From the IMG/VR virus record IMGVR_UViG_3300013006_001053, positions 1 to 60,404 of that record: 60,404 nucleotides of DNA. One strand, given 5' to 3'. A program made the position numbers and the translations under genes. The stretch comes from a virus. Taxonomy: Duplodnaviria; Caudoviricetes. Each line of letters begins with the position of its first letter. The stretch's first letter is position 1. Shown piece by piece: positions 48,483 to 59,200 of the stretch. A model generated the notes under the pieces. It was not told the DNA's origin. It searched no databases and was given only the letters and a program-made list of their open reading frames with translations.

Positions 48483-51400
48483 ATGAGTGATGTTAATGCC
48501 AATATTGGCGTACAAATTGATACGTCGTCCGCATTAACAGAACTTAAAAATCTACAGCGTCAACTTGCAAATTTTCATGCATCAATAGCAAAAACTAGCG
48601 CTGCAGCGACGGCAGCACAAAAGGGATTACAAACTAATCTCTTAAACTCTATCAATGCTACAGGGCAGTTTACTGCCACGATGGGCAATGTTAGATCATC
48701 TACGGAGTCGTTCACTCACGCATTAGAGTCTAATAAACTTTCGATGCGTGAGTACTTCCGTTATGCTGGCGGGGCATCAAAAACCTTTGGAAGATTATTT
48801 AGACAAGAGTTTGACACAATTGGCAAGGTAGCAGAAGATCGTGTCAAGAAGATGCAAACCCAGTATATTAAGATGGGTCGTGATGCTAACGGTGCTATAA
48901 AGGCAATGGCTATTACGCCACAAACCTTGAACATGAACGACTATGCTACCAAGACAGCAATGGCAGCGCAAAAGCAAGCGTTGTTTAATCAGGTAGTTAA
49001 ACAAGGATCAACAAGTCTTTTAAACTTTGGTAAGAACACTCAGTGGGCAGGCCGCCAACTTATGGTTGGTTTTACTATTCCACTTGCGTACTTTGGCACA
49101 ACTGCTTCTAAGGTCTTTATGGATCTTGAAGCGCAGGCTATTAGGTTTAAGCGTGTTTATGGAGATATGTTTACAACTGCTGATGAAACAAATAAGGCTC
49201 TAGCAGATGTTCAGGCATTAGCAGAAGGCTTTACTAAATATGGGGTTGCAGTAAGTAAGACCATGGAAATGGCAGCATCCGCTGCCGCAATGGGTAAAAC
49301 AGGCGCAGACCTCACAGCACAGGTATCCGAAGCAACTAGACTTGCAGTACTTGGTGGAGTAGAACAAGAACAAGCACTAGAAACAACTATATCTCTTACA
49401 AATGCATTTGGCATTGCAGCAGAAGACCTTGCAGCAAAAATTAACTTTCTTAACTCTGTAGAAAACCAAACAGTTGTATCAATTGAAGATTTGACTATTG
49501 CAATTCCAAAGGCTGGACCAGTTGTTCAACAACTTGGCGGTAACGTAGAAGATTTAGCATTCTTCCTTACAGCAATGAAGGAAGGTGGTATTAATGCTTC
49601 AGAAGGAGCCAACGCACTTAAGTCTGGCCTTGCATCATTAATTAACCCAAGCAAGAAAGCAAGTGAAATGCTTGCAGGTCTTGGAGTAAATATCAAGGGT
49701 ATTGTTGAAGCAAACAAAGGCGATATCAAAGCAACAGTAATAGGATTTGCACAAGCGTTAGATACACTTGCACCATTAGACAGATCAAGAGCAATTGAAC
49801 AACTTTTTGGAAAGTTCCAGTTTGCTCGTCTATCAACATTATTTCAGAACGTAACTAAAGAAGGAACACAGGCAAGCAAGGTTTTAAAGATGGCTGGCGC
49901 TTCAGTAGAAGAACTTGCAATCTTATCTGAACGAGAATTAAAAACAGTAGAAAATGCTGTAGGCGTACAATTTAAATCAGCGGTAGAAGAACTTAAACTA
50001 GCAATTGCCCCAATAGGAAAAACATTTTTACAGGCCGTAACACCAGTAGTAAAGGTTGTTGGAGATCTTCTTGATAAGTTTAATAACCTAGGAGATGGCA
50101 CAAAGAAGTTTATAGTAATTGCATCTACCCTTGTTGGTATTATTGGACCAACGCTTTTGATGACATTTGGTCTTGTTGCTAATGGAGCAGCAAATATTAT
50201 TAAACTATTCCTGGCTCTGCGTGGAGGTTTCTTAAAGGTAGGTGGAAATACTAAGATTCTTGCAGAACAAACTAACTATCTCAATGCAGAACAGTTAGAA
50301 TCTGCAACTGTAGCCACATCCCTTAATCAGGCACACACAAGACTTACTCAATCATTTACAGCAGAGTCCTCAGCGGTAAGAGCACTAAGAGCAGCATACG
50401 TTGAAGCCACCGTAGCAGCAGTAAACTTTGCCAGGGCAAATCCAGGAATGATGATGCCAGGAAGAGTTGGCAAAGGACCAAAGAAGTTCTCAACAGGAAC
50501 AACTGGACTACCAGGACCAAAGGGTGCAGGAGATATTATTCCTATTCTTGGTGCCCCTGGGGAAGCAATTATTCCAGCAGGTGTTGCACAAGATGATAGA
50601 TTTAAACCAATTATTGATGCAATGGTTAATGGCAACCTACAGGGTTATGAAGAAGGAACAGTAAAGTTAGGTTCAAAATCTTTTAGAACAAAGAGTCAGC
50701 AAACTGCAAGAGATCTTCAGAATACAATTTCTCAACTTATGTCTGAAGGAATGTCAGAAGAAAAAATTGTTAAGGCGCTAGAAAAAAATATTGAACGCGG
50801 CCGACCAATGAATGCTTCGCAACTTAAGAGAAGGCTTTCTATTGGTAGAGGTTCCTCATCTGGAACATCTGCTCCTTCATCAATTAGAAATCTTGCAAAG
50901 CAATCACAACCTGGCTTCGTTCAAGAAACAGAAGCAGTTAAAAAAGCATTAAAAGAACAGGGAGTATCCCTAACTCCAGCACAAGAAAAGAATTTGTTTA
51001 ATGTTCAAGCATCTCACATTGAAGAAGCCCGAAATGGTGGAGTAAAAGAGTGGAAGGCCAATAACTTAGTTGCTGACCTAGGATACGTTAATAATTATAT
51101 AAACACTGTAAAGGGTAAACTTGGAACAGACTTGCTCAAAATGTCTGATGCAAGATTGCAAGAACTTGGTATTGATAGAAAAGAACTTCAAAAACTTCAA
51201 GGCGGAACACACCCAACTACAGCCGATGCAGCAAAAACATTAAGGGCTGTTGCTCAATATGACTCAATTCGTAATCCAGGATCCTATCAAGCAAAAGCAG
51301 TAGTTGCTGGATTAGAACATAGATCTAAGGCTGGTTTCTATGCACAGCCATTAAAGACCTTGGCAGAAACCCAACCAATTTCAAGCAGAGTAGAAAAAGC

Positions 51401-54400
51401 AATAAAGTCTAGAGCAGACCTACTAGTACAAGAACAAAATGCAAAAGCAGGCAATGACTCTCAGCAATTAATGAAGCAGATAGATAAAGAAATAAGAACA
51501 ACTGCTTTAGGAAAACAAGCACCAACAAATTTTGGAACACAGATTTCTCCAACAACTGGTCACAGTTTTCCAGTTAAAGGTTTGGGTGGTATTTATCAAA
51601 AGCCAGATGGCACTAGGGTATTTGTTAAACCAGTCATGGATGCAAAAGCAGCATTGGCAGAACAAAGAGCAACAACAATTGCAAGAGATGTTCATGGTCT
51701 GGATTCGCCTAAGCAAGAGATCAGAACCATGGTTGACCCAACAGACCCAACTGGTAAAAGAAAACTTATTGTTTTAGAATCTGCTTTTAATCCTAAGTTT
51801 GACCCAAACCAAATGACTAACAAGTTTACAAAGGATGAATACTTTAAACAACTTGTAGCCGCAAACCTTCGTGGAGATAAAGATCTAGCAAGAGGAAACC
51901 TTTCAGGAAATGTCCTTGCAGATGTTGGAACAGCAGGGGTTTTTGAGAAGGCTTCTGGCAAAAGGGATTTTGCTAAAACTATGCCTTCTATGGCAGAACA
52001 GGCAAAGATTAATCTGCTTGGCGTAAAGGGTGGAGCAAAAAGATTCTTTGCAGAATCAACACTTGGTATTCCTCAAGGTATGACTGCAGACCAATATCAT
52101 AATAATATGATAAAAGAAATTGACAGAGTTCTTCCAAAACTTAAATCAACAATATCTAGTTTTGACCTTAACCCTGCAGAAAAAGAAGCCTACTCTGGAA
52201 TGATCGCAAGACTTGAAGAGGGCAAGAAGGTTAACTGGAGAGAATATCACAAGATGCACTCTTCTGTTCTTGCAACTAAAAAAGAAGCACTGCAAGATAA
52301 TAAAACGGGAGAGATAACATCAATCAAGGGTAAAGCAAAGCCTAACAATGTTGTATCAAGTACTGGTAAATCAGCAGATAGAGTAATGACTCAAGTTCCT
52401 GCAGGAAAAAGAATTGTTCAGAAGCCAAGAGGATTTGTGAGTTCTCGCTTTAGTACTAGGACTATGCTTCCAGGTTACGCAGATGCTCCTTCTGCAACTG
52501 GCGTAAGCGTTGGAAATATTTCTCAATCACAAAGATTATCAAGAGCACAACTGCTTGCTGCTACAGAAAGAATAAGTTTAAAGCAAGCCAAGAAAAAAAT
52601 TGCAGCAGAATCAAAACTAATTACTTCTATGGAAGAAAACACCGAATCACAAAGAACAGCAAAAGAAAAACTAACAAACTTTAGCAATAAAGCAGGACTT
52701 GGTATTGGAGCAATGAGTGGTTTAACAATTGCTGCATCTTTTGCTGGTGGAAGCATTGGAGAAATTGCTCAAAAGATTATGCCATTTGTATTTGGTATTC
52801 AAGGTATCACAATGTTGCTACCACTTCTTGCTAATCCTTGGATTGCTGCTATCGCTGCAATTGCTGTTGTAGGCGGAGTGATGTTAAAACTGGCCAAAGA
52901 TGTTGAAAATGCTAGAAAAGAAGGCGTAAATCTTGCTAAGGCAATGAGCATGACTTCTGAAAAACTACAAAGTCTTTCAAAAATAACTGGAACAGTTAGC
53001 GCCACAGAAGAAGCAGATAGAAGACGACAAAACACACTAACTGGTGAAAGTGCAGTTCAAAGAAAATTTGGTGAAAATATTCTTGGTAGCGAATTTGGTA
53101 AAGGTCTTTTGGCTGATATTGAAAAGCAAGCACAATCTGGACAAGGTATGCAGGAAATTGGTAGAAACATATCTAACAGTCTTGCCTATGCAGTTGTTCA
53201 GGGAATAGTAACAACGGATCAAGCAAAAAGCATTTCTTCTGCACTTGGAGAACAGTTAAAGAGTTATGAGATACCAGCAATTATTAGCGGTAGATTAACC
53301 ACTTTGCTTGGACTTAATGGCGAAAACCTAGCAACAGATCCACTACAGGTAACTCTTGCAATTCAAGAAGACTCAATGACTAGACAAGCAGATTTCTTTA
53401 AAACTGCTTTAGAAAACATAAAGCCAGTATTTGGATTTGGCACTAAAACAAACATACTTGGAATGACAGCAGCAGGAGCCGCAGCAGGTGGTGCAATCGG
53501 TGCAACTGGTCTAGGTGTTGGTGCAATTCCTGGAGCAATTGTTGGAGGCGCAGTAGGTCTTGTTGGTGGAATAGGTAGTGAACTTAGTCAGAAGGGTGCA
53601 AGAGAAAGTAATGCAAACCTTGGAGCAGCAGCCTTACAACTTGGTTTAGAACAAGTGACTATGAACAATGGTCTTGTTGATTCGCTAAATAAGCAATATG
53701 ATATTAAAGTCAAGATGGCTAAAACAGATGCCGAAATTAAAAAGATTGAAGATCAGCGAGCAGCAGCCATAGAAACCATTAACGCCAAAAATACCGAAGC
53801 ACTAAATATTCTTATTGCACAAAAAGATGCTTTTGGTCCAGGGCTATTTACCAAGGGTATTAATGCAGCAATAGATACACTTTATAAAGATGGACCAATG
53901 AAGGTTTTTGCTGATGAAGCAAAGAAAGAATTAGAAGGTATTGGAAATGCAGACTTTAAGGCAATGTTGCAAGTTCAGTTTGCAAGTGGAGCACTTGATC
54001 CAGTAACTGTAATGAAACTTGCAAACAATGAAAGTCTTGAAAGTACGTTTACAGTTCTTGTTGAATCACAAGGTAGTGAAAATGCTAACGTAATCCTACA
54101 ACTACTCATGAAGGCTGGAACAAATGACACCAACCTTCCAATCTTTATGGATATATTAAATAAAGATCCAAAGAATTTTGATAAAAATATGAAGGCTATT
54201 GCAGTTCTTGCAAATATGCAACAAAAATATGGAATTACTATTGATGTTAATGATGATGGAGCAAAACAAATAGCAGAAGTTGCTGCAATTACTGAAAGAT
54301 TAAAAGGAATAAAAAATGAAGAACTTTCTAAAGAAGCATTTTTTGCTCTTGGCATAACTGGAGATCTTTCTAAAGAAGAGCAGGATGCACTATTTACCGT

Positions 54401-55730
54401 ACTTGTTGGAACATCAAAAACAATAAATCAAAAAGTTATAGTTGATTTTGTTGCTGCGGGAGATGTTAATGTTGTTGACGCTTATATGGCTGAAAATAAT
54501 ATAACAATACCTAGTTATTTTAGTCCAGAAGTTATAGAAGGTCTTAAAGAAAACTTAAAAACTAAAGCAGCGGCAGACCGTGTTGGAAGACAGGGTAAGG
54601 TTGATGGTAATGGTAAAGTCATTCCAGGTGGCGGTGGAGGTGCAGGTGGAGGAAAAGATAGAGACACAACATTTGACGATCTTCTCAACACACTAAAGAG
54701 AACAAGAGATGCAACAATTAATGCAGCAGGTGGTGCAAAAGAACTCCTTCGCATTCTTAGCGGTAAAAAAGATATCACAATATTTAATGGTATTGACCAA
54801 CAATTATCTGACCTTAAGGCCAATGGTGATTTCATTGATTGGGTTGGCGGTATTGATAATGCAATTAGAAACAAACTTATTACAGTAACAAAACAAGGTG
54901 TAGTGGCTTTAACAGAACTAGGAAATGCTGCAAAGAAAGCATTTGATGAAAAACAATTGGGACTTTTTAGCGCTGCAGCAAAAGATCAGGTTGAAGTTGC
55001 AAAAGCACAAAGAAGCGCTTTTGTTAAATTAGCCAATGCTGGACTAGCAACATCAGATGCTTTAAAAATAATTGAAGATGGTAATCTTGCAAATGCTATA
55101 GCAAATGCTAAAAATTCAGATGAAATTAAAAAGGTAGTAGAGGGAGAAAAGCAAAGAAAGAAGCAGATGGAATTAACATCTGCTATGACAGATCCAAAAA
55201 CCTTCTTAAGTGAAATTAATAACGAGTTAGATAGACAGTACGATTATCAGATGAAACTTATGGGACTTGAAAAGAGTAAGACCCAGGCAAAGATCTCTGG
55301 AGATTACATTGGCGCTTCTATCCTTGGTCAAGAGCAAGCCAAGGAAGCGTCGTCTTTTGATAGAAATTCAATAGACCTAACTGGCAAAATGACAACCATT
55401 AAAGATGCCATGAGTCTTATTGGTGGAATTAAAGATAAAGCACAAAGAGCACAACTTCAGTCTACATTAGGACAAGGAATGTTAGGACTTCAACAACTTG
55501 GCTCATCTAGCCCAACATTTGGAGCCGCTTCACAGTTTGCAGGTATTAATCCAGGAAATTCATTTGGCAATAAACCATCAAGTACAACAGGAACCTTCAG
55601 TTCAGTGTATAATATTCAGATGACTGTAAATGGAAGCAATGCAACAGCAGATGATATTGCTAATCAAGTAATAAAGAAAATTAATCTAGTTGCACAAAAA
55701 AATAATAAAACTAATGCGGTAGGTAAATAA
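48483..55730 (+). CDS. Tape measure protein with inserted cargo domains
   Basis: 2415 aa, Ala-rich helical, TP901-type core (GINASEGANALKS), TM segments; follows chaperones. Confidence 0.92.
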   Translation: MSDVNANIGVQIDTSSALTELKNLQRQLANFHASIAKTSAAATAAQKGLQTNLLNSINATGQFTATMGNVRSSTESFTHALESNKLSMREYFRYAGGASKTFGRLFRQEFDTIGKVAEDRVKKMQTQYIKMGRDANGAIKAMAITPQTLNMNDYATKTAMAAQKQALFNQVVKQGSTSLLNFGKNTQWAGRQLMVGFTIPLAYFGTTASKVFMDLEAQAIRFKRVYGDMFTTADETNKALADVQALAEGFTKYGVAVSKTMEMAASAAAMGKTGADLTAQVSEATRLAVLGGVEQEQALETTISLTNAFGIAAEDLAAKINFLNSVENQTVVSIEDLTIAIPKAGPVVQQLGGNVEDLAFFLTAMKEGGINASEGANALKSGLASLINPSKKASEMLAGLGVNIKGIVEANKGDIKATVIGFAQALDTLAPLDRSRAIEQLFGKFQFARLSTLFQNVTKEGTQASKVLKMAGASVEELAILSERELKTVENAVGVQFKSAVEELKLAIAPIGKTFLQAVTPVVKVVGDLLDKFNNLGDGTKKFIVIASTLVGIIGPTLLMTFGLVANGAANIIKLFLALRGGFLKVGGNTKILAEQTNYLNAEQLESATVATSLNQAHTRLTQSFTAESSAVRALRAAYVEATVAAVNFARANPGMMMPGRVGKGPKKFSTGTTGLPGPKGAGDIIPILGAPGEAIIPAGVAQDDRFKPIIDAMVNGNLQGYEEGTVKLGSKSFRTKSQQTARDLQNTISQLMSEGMSEEKIVKALEKNIERGRPMNASQLKRRLSIGRGSSSGTSAPSSIRNLAKQSQPGFVQETEAVKKALKEQGVSLTPAQEKNLFNVQASHIEEARNGGVKEWKANNLVADLGYVNNYINTVKGKLGTDLLKMSDARLQELGIDRKELQKLQGGTHPTTADAAKTLRAVAQYDSIRNPGSYQAKAVVAGLEHRSKAGFYAQPLKTLAETQPISSRVEKAIKSRADLLVQEQNAKAGNDSQQLMKQIDKEIRTTALGKQAPTNFGTQISPTTGHSFPVKGLGGIYQKPDGTRVFVKPVMDAKAALAEQRATTIARDVHGLDSPKQEIRTMVDPTDPTGKRKLIVLESAFNPKFDPNQMTNKFTKDEYFKQLVAANLRGDKDLARGNLSGNVLADVGTAGVFEKASGKRDFAKTMPSMAEQAKINLLGVKGGAKRFFAESTLGIPQGMTADQYHNNMIKEIDRVLPKLKSTISSFDLNPAEKEAYSGMIARLEEGKKVNWREYHKMHSSVLATKKEALQDNKTGEITSIKGKAKPNNVVSSTGKSADRVMTQVPAGKRIVQKPRGFVSSRFSTRTMLPGYADAPSATGVSVGNISQSQRLSRAQLLAATERISLKQAKKKIAAESKLITSMEENTESQRTAKEKLTNFSNKAGLGIGAMSGLTIAASFAGGSIGEIAQKIMPFVFGIQGITMLLPLLANPWIAAIAAIAVVGGVMLKLAKDVENARKEGVNLAKAMSMTSEKLQSLSKITGTVSATEEADRRRQNTLTGESAVQRKFGENILGSEFGKGLLADIEKQAQSGQGMQEIGRNISNSLAYAVVQGIVTTDQAKSISSALGEQLKSYEIPAIISGRLTTLLGLNGENLATDPLQVTLAIQEDSMTRQADFFKTALENIKPVFGFGTKTNILGMTAAGAAAGGAIGATGLGVGAIPGAIVGGAVGLVGGIGSELSQKGARESNANLGAAALQLGLEQVTMNNGLVDSLNKQYDIKVKMAKTDAEIKKIEDQRAAAIETINAKNTEALNILIAQKDAFGPGLFTKGINAAIDTLYKDGPMKVFADEAKKELEGIGNADFKAMLQVQFASGALDPVTVMKLANNESLESTFTVLVESQGSENANVILQLLMKAGTNDTNLPIFMDILNKDPKNFDKNMKAIAVLANMQQKYGITIDVNDDGAKQIAEVAAITERLKGIKNEELSKEAFFALGITGDLSKEEQDALFTVLVGTSKTINQKVIVDFVAAGDVNVVDAYMAENNITIPSYFSPEVIEGLKENLKTKAAADRVGRQGKVDGNGKVIPGGGGGAGGGKDRDTTFDDLLNTLKRTRDATINAAGGAKELLRILSGKKDITIFNGIDQQLSDLKANGDFIDWVGGIDNAIRNKLITVTKQGVVALTELGNAAKKAFDEKQLGLFSAAAKDQVEVAKAQRSAFVKLANAGLATSDALKIIEDGNLANAIANAKNSDEIKKVVEGEKQRKKQMELTSAMTDPKTFLSEINNELDRQYDYQMKLMGLEKSKTQAKISGDYIGASILGQEQAKEASSFDRNSIDLTGKMTTIKDAMSLIGGIKDKAQRAQLQSTLGQGMLGLQQLGSSSPTFGAASQFAGINPGNSFGNKPSSTTGTFSSVYNIQMTVNGSNATADDIANQVIKKINLVAQKNNKTNAVGK

Positions 55731-56236
55731 TGGCATATAAAATTCAAGCGGGTATACAGGTATCCCTCAACGGATCAACCTGGTACAAACTAACAGACCA
55801 CAATAGAGAGCCTATTCAAATAGATGTAGAGATAATTGAGTCATCCTCACGTATGGCTAATGGCGCTATGAGAAAATACGTGGTTGCTAAAAAACATAAG
55901 GTTTCAACCTCTTGGGCATTCTTGCCAACAAAAACAGCAGAGACAGCAGATGGAAACTTTGGTGCAGCATGGATGGAATCATTTTATAATGCTAATGCTG
56001 GAATTCCAATTTACGTTAAGGTTATTGAGTCTAAACTCAATGCAGACCCTGCTGTAGGTGCAATTCCAGATGAATCAGGAAATAATTTTAAAACGGCACA
56101 AACAGAACTATCTACAATAAATGCAACGGGGTCTAGAACATATAGTGTTTTTATAACTTCATTCTCAAAGACTCTTTCAAAGAGAACCCCAGTAGCAGAC
56201 TACGTAGATGTAAGTATTGAATTTACGGAGATATAA
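55730..56236 (+). CDS. Putative distal tail protein
   Basis: Directly after TMP; RMANGAMR motif. Confidence 0.65.
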   Translation: MAYKIQAGIQVSLNGSTWYKLTDHNREPIQIDVEIIESSSRMANGAMRKYVVAKKHKVSTSWAFLPTKTAETADGNFGAAWMESFYNANAGIPIYVKVIESKLNADPAVGAIPDESGNNFKTAQTELSTINATGSRTYSVFITSFSKTLSKRTPVADYVDVSIEFTEI

Positions 56237-59200
56237 TGCTAGACACCGTTGATTCTGGAATCTTTACTAATTCTGATTCGGTTGGTTTGGTACCAACTGT
56301 TTCTGCTGAGTGGAATCATAACTTATTTAATCCGCCATATGTGACTATTGCAGGCGACATTACAGCAATGACATTATCATCTCCATCTTCTACTGGTACC
56401 CTTGCGTCTGCAACTACAGGTGAATCAAAACCTAACTTTACAACTAAAAAGTTTACCATGGCAAGTGGTCAAGGCTTTCTGCAGTACTCTGTAACTGCTG
56501 ATGGTGGAGATGCTTATAAAATAATTACTTATGTAAAAACAAATAACTCTATGCCAATTATGGCTAATGCTTTTGCCGAAGGAACAAAGACTCAATTTGG
56601 ATCAAGTCAAGAAGAAGTTAGTTCTCTTGGTTGGACCAAGATCACCACATACATTGGAACATCCCAGTCAGCATCAGACACCATATCTTCATTTGTTTAT
56701 AGAATTAATTTTAATGTTTTAAGTGGTATAACCGACAATCCAACAGTATATTTTACAGTTCCAGAGGTATATAAAACATCTTACGAAGATTATAAGTATG
56801 GATCATTTTGGCCAACCGATAGTGTCTTTACATATTTTAGACCAGGGGAATCTTACGTTTCATCTGGCAATACAAACTGCTCATTTCCTAGTAATTATAG
56901 AAAGATTACTTCTCCCACAATAACTGGCTATACGGCTGCTACGTATTCTCCTATGAGTTCTATTACACAAATGCCTTCATTTTTTTTAGCATCCCCACCA
57001 GTTCCAGCGCTAAAAAGTTCTTTGCCTACAGATATTTCTCCCTACAAATATTTTGTTTCAGATGGTACAAGCAATGTAATAACAGCCAAATATGAAAAGG
57101 GTATTCTGACCAATAAGATCATTGTTAAGTTTAATACACTAGTGACAATACCCTCTATAAAAATAAAAGTAAACAACTCTTTTATTACTGTTGACGGTAG
57201 CGAAACCATATCAATGCCTACCAACGCAGATGGCTTTACAGTAGGCCTACTAGCCCTATACTGGACTGGTACGGCCTGGACAAAGACAAAGTGGACAACT
57301 ATGCCTACCTTTACAAATTCGGGGTCTATAAGCCAAACAATGTCCTTAACATCTATATCCGTGTCACAAGTATCAAAAACAATTAGATCCCAATTTTCTT
57401 CTTATACCAATACTACTTTCACTAATGATTTAGTCAAGATGCAACTTATTGAGGTTTCTCCAAGGCTTGAGGTAGATCTATCAAGTTTTGTTCAAAATAT
57501 CACAATAGATAAATCTTTAGATGGACAAGATAGCGTATTGCCTATTGCCTCAATAAATGCAAATAGTTGTAACATAGACCTATCTGCAATACCTCTTTTA
57601 AACAATAACGAGATTGTTAATATTTTTTCTAGCCAAAGTGATAGCGCATCTACAGTGCTTTCAAGCATACTAAGGAAAAACATTAAGTTCTATGTTAACT
57701 TCAATCTTTTTCAGCACTCTGACTTATCGGCAAGTACCGTAACATCTGCCAACAACTATATTCCAGGAGGAGTGTTTTATTCAGACTCTTGGGATGAGTC
57801 AGACATAGAGACAGTCTCTATTCAGTGTTTTGATATTTCAAGGTACTTGCAATATACACCAGCACCAGACTACGTGGTTAACCTAAAAAGCATATTTGAG
57901 ATAATTACCAACATTCTTGATCTTGCGGGATTTACAGATTATGACTATGATTCTCTTTACAATATATGTAATAACAAAGCAAACCCAATGGATATATCAT
58001 ATTTTTATTGTAACTCAAAAGACTCGACAATCGTAGATACACTTAACAAAATCTTTGTTGCTTATCAAATTGGTGCATATATTGATGAGTACGGAATCAT
58101 GAAGTTTTTAAGTTTACACAATATTTTATCTTCTAACGCTTCTACCCTGTCTTTGTCTGACTTTAACATTAAGCAGGGTGGCTTCTCTATTTCTAATAAG
58201 GCAAAGCCCGGAAAAATTTCTTTACGATATCAAATTCCTAAAGTTAAGCAGTCTCCTTCCCTTCAGAATGTTACAGACCCAATGATTAAGAACTCTCCGT
58301 CTTTTCTATATGCAACATCTAACGACGTTGTGTGGCAGCAACAGAGTATAGACTCAGTTGGCTTTAATTATATTAATGCTGACATGGAAAAAAATTCAAA
58401 CAAGTTTAACATAAATGTTAATGATCTTCAGAACATTTTTCATACCTTTAATCGTGATGCAAGTGGTTATGCTTTTATTGAAAATGAGATTGTTTCATTT
58501 CTTTATAAAGAATATGAAATTAGTAAATCTGGAGGAACTCCAATTAAGGTTTCAATCAAAAATGATATGGAATTACAATCAGAAATAAATAATTTTATTA
58601 AACAGAATAATGTTGGGCTAAAAACTTCTTATGCAACCATTACAAATGTTGCTAGAAGCGGTAGCGCAGTAGTTTATACAGCAGCCAATACTTTTAAAGT
58701 AGGACAAAAAGTAAGCATTACTGGGGTTAATCCTAAAACTTACAACATAAACGGAACTATTTCTGCTAGAACAAGCACTTCCTTTTCAATTGTTGATGCT
58801 GCTGCAGGAACCTATGTTTCTGGTGGAGAGGCAACAGTTCCTTTTGACTACGAGGTTTTGGTAACCCCTACTGGAAACATCACTAATGTCCAGCGTGGAT
58901 TATATGGAACAGTGCCAGCAGCACATGCAAGAATTACCACCTTAGCCAGCAAAGCACTTTCTGAAAAAAAGTTTAATGACTCAACCCTTGCATTAACCGC
59001 ATCATCAGGCTACACATCAGTAATAGATGATAATGCTGGAGAAACCTCTTTGCCAAGTATTAAAAAAATAAAAGTTAGCGAAACTTTATATGGCGGTATA
59101 GAAAGACTTCTTATATATCCAACAACTGAAACAAACATAGGGTATAACACATACTCTGTAAAATTTGATATGCCAGATCAGTCCGTTGCTTCTGCTGGTT

